Shown here: in pieces, positions 62,627 through 64,000 of the stretch
Layout of the letters: each line of letters begins with the position of its first letter
Numbering within the stretch: the first letter of the stretch is position 1
Assembly: GCA_028030915.1 (NCBI GenBank)
Contig: GCA_028030915.1_4867.1
Direction: 5' to 3' (one strand)
Source of the DNA: a phage
Length of the DNA: 64,000 nt
Notes under the pieces: generated by a model
Told to the model about the DNA's origin: nothing
Seen by the model: the letters and a program-made list of their open reading frames with translations, nothing else
Databases searched by the model: none
Program-made: the position numbers and the translations under genes

Positions 62627-63416
62627 TAGTAGTTTTCAGGGCACGTCCGTACACATAACTTTCGGGTAGCCAACCGTTTTCTAATAACCACATTGCGGCT
62701 GGACCCCCAGTATATTGGTGGTAAGTGTAAACTAATTCATCCCCCACCGGTAATTCGGATTGGATACAATGCATCAACAGTCCGAACTCCTCACGGCTTA
62801 GGGCAACCACCCCTTCTGCGGTAAACCATCCACCAATAACCCAGCGTTGTCCACGATGTGAGAGCACTGTCAACTTGTAGCTATCGGCGTTCCGCCACGA
62901 CATCAGCCTCCCACCCATAACGAGCGTTGAGTAGATAGAGCTTGTACCGTAAAGCATTCTAACCCAATCCAAGAACGCTTTCTTACTATCGAACAACGAA
63001 CTGACATCCCCACAGAAATCCTCATCGTGGCTAGGCACCGATGTATTAATTTTGCGGTAGTTTATCGTTTCGCAACAAAAGCCCATGCGAGCATATTCGT
63101 CCCCTTCCGAACGAGTAAAATGCATCGCGTAGTTACACCCCGCTGAGCGGAGTAAAGCATCCGCAAGCGAGGTTAACTGGGCGTCTAAAGCACGAACCAT
63201 GTTGATAACTTCTAACATGTATCCGTGGTCCAGACAGAGCACAATCGCATCAGGCGCAACTGTGTCCCGACTGAACACTTCAAAGATTCGGTAGTAAAGA
63301 CGACGTTCATCTTGTAACGTGGAAGGATCGATATCATTTAACAACGATAACGCTTTACGGTCTTCCAACCACGTTCGGTCCAGAATCCTCTCCGTGCGTT
63401 CGATAACTCTCAGCAT
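62604..63416 (-). CDS. hypothetical protein (270 aa)
   Basis: ORF in the gene string. Confidence 0.5.
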   Translation of the reverse strand: MLRVIERTERILDRTWLEDRKALSLLNDIDPSTLQDERRLYYRIFEVFSRDTVAPDAIVLCLDHGYMLEVINMVRALDAQLTSLADALLRSAGCNYAMHFTRSEGDEYARMGFCCETINYRKINTSVPSHDEDFCGDVSSLFDSKKAFLDWVRMLYGTSSIYSTLVMGGRLMSWRNADSYKLTVLSHRGQRWVIGGWFTAEGVVALSREEFGLLMHCIQSELPVGDELVYTYHQYTGGPAAMWLLENGWLPESYVYGRALKTTNGENNAN

Positions 63417-63425
63417 ATTCTCTCC

Positions 63426-63953
63426 TTACGCAAGGGTGTAGTGATGCGTGATTACACGATACTCTAACCCTTCGATAGAAGGAAACTCGTGCTCTATCGC
63501 AACGCCCATGTTGACCTTCTTACCTTTCTGTCCCGCCAAATGCAAAATGGCGTGGTAGTGTTTTAGAAACTCTACCGAGTAAGCAACCGGGTCAAAAGTT
63601 TGGCAGCAGAATTGCTCAGTAATGATGCTCTTCGGGAACTCCTTATAAAGCATTAATGAAAACGGTTTCTGGCCGTGCAGCCCCACGAACGCAGAGACAA
63701 AACCATTTGCTAATTCACCCAACATCTCACGCGTTCCTGCGTCTTTTAGCGTAGGTCGCATTAGATAGCAAACATCTTGGGTTTGTTCTAATGACAATGT
63801 CTCCAACGGGACAACCGATGGGTCTGACGTAAAACCGTATTTCGGACTGACAGTAATCTCCACACGCTTCGTTACAGCTTCGAACCCCAGACGTTGGTAC
63901 AATGCCGCATGTTCGGTGTCATGCGGAAAACAGGTGATATCAAGCATCTGCAC
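63426..63953 (-). CDS. hypothetical protein (about 173 aa; start GTG 63953 or ATG 63947)
   Basis: ORF near the window end. Confidence 0.45.
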   Translation of the reverse strand: MQMLDITCFPHDTEHAALYQRLGFEAVTKRVEITVSPKYGFTSDPSVVPLETLSLEQTQDVCYLMRPTLKDAGTREMLGELANGFVSAFVGLHGQKPFSLMLYKEFPKSIITEQFCCQTFDPVAYSVEFLKHYHAILHLAGQKGKKVNMGVAIEHEFPSIEGLEYRVITHHYTLA

Positions 63954-64000
63954 TTCCAGGAGTCGCGTTAAACGCTTCCACTCGTGGAACAGGGGCTCGG

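Noticed and set aside
1-64000. tRNA genes, integrase, transposase or other mobile-element hallmarks
   Set aside because: No cloverleaf-like structures or recombinase motifs noticed in the intergenic regions longer than 100 nt (25807..26094, 30303..30480, 46742..46894, 48075..48245) or in the ORF translations; tRNAscan was not run, so small RNA genes cannot be fully excluded.

Overview
This window reads as a densely packed region of a large virulent enterobacterial phage (probably a myovirus-type or jumbo phage): short intergenic gaps, GC-rich hairpin terminators, and no rRNA, tRNA, CRISPR or integrase seen. The + strand (3466..23290) carries four large tail-fibre-like genes followed by the most interesting locus: three tandem Cys/Ser/Gly-rich peptide genes with leader-like N-termini, then two paralogous radical-SAM enzymes (one with a SPASM-like Cys-rich C-terminus), resembling a RiPP maturation cluster inside a structural module. 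The - strand (46741..23372) converges on it with a paralogous virion-protein array: seven tandem ~280-aa genes, a thrice-repeated three-gene module A-B-C, a 30-codon remnant of a fourth A gene, conserved C-terminal tags, then a Gly-rich fibre-like gene and a lysis-type cassette (GH108 muramidase, DUF1353, M15 peptidase). The right third (46895..63953, - strand) holds small hypothetical genes, a 1005-aa protein, a PP-loop ATPase-like gene, a DUF488-like gene and a 75-aa HslU N-terminal fragment. All family assignments are from motifs read by eye; no database search or computation was run, and coordinates I refined by hand are marked as such.
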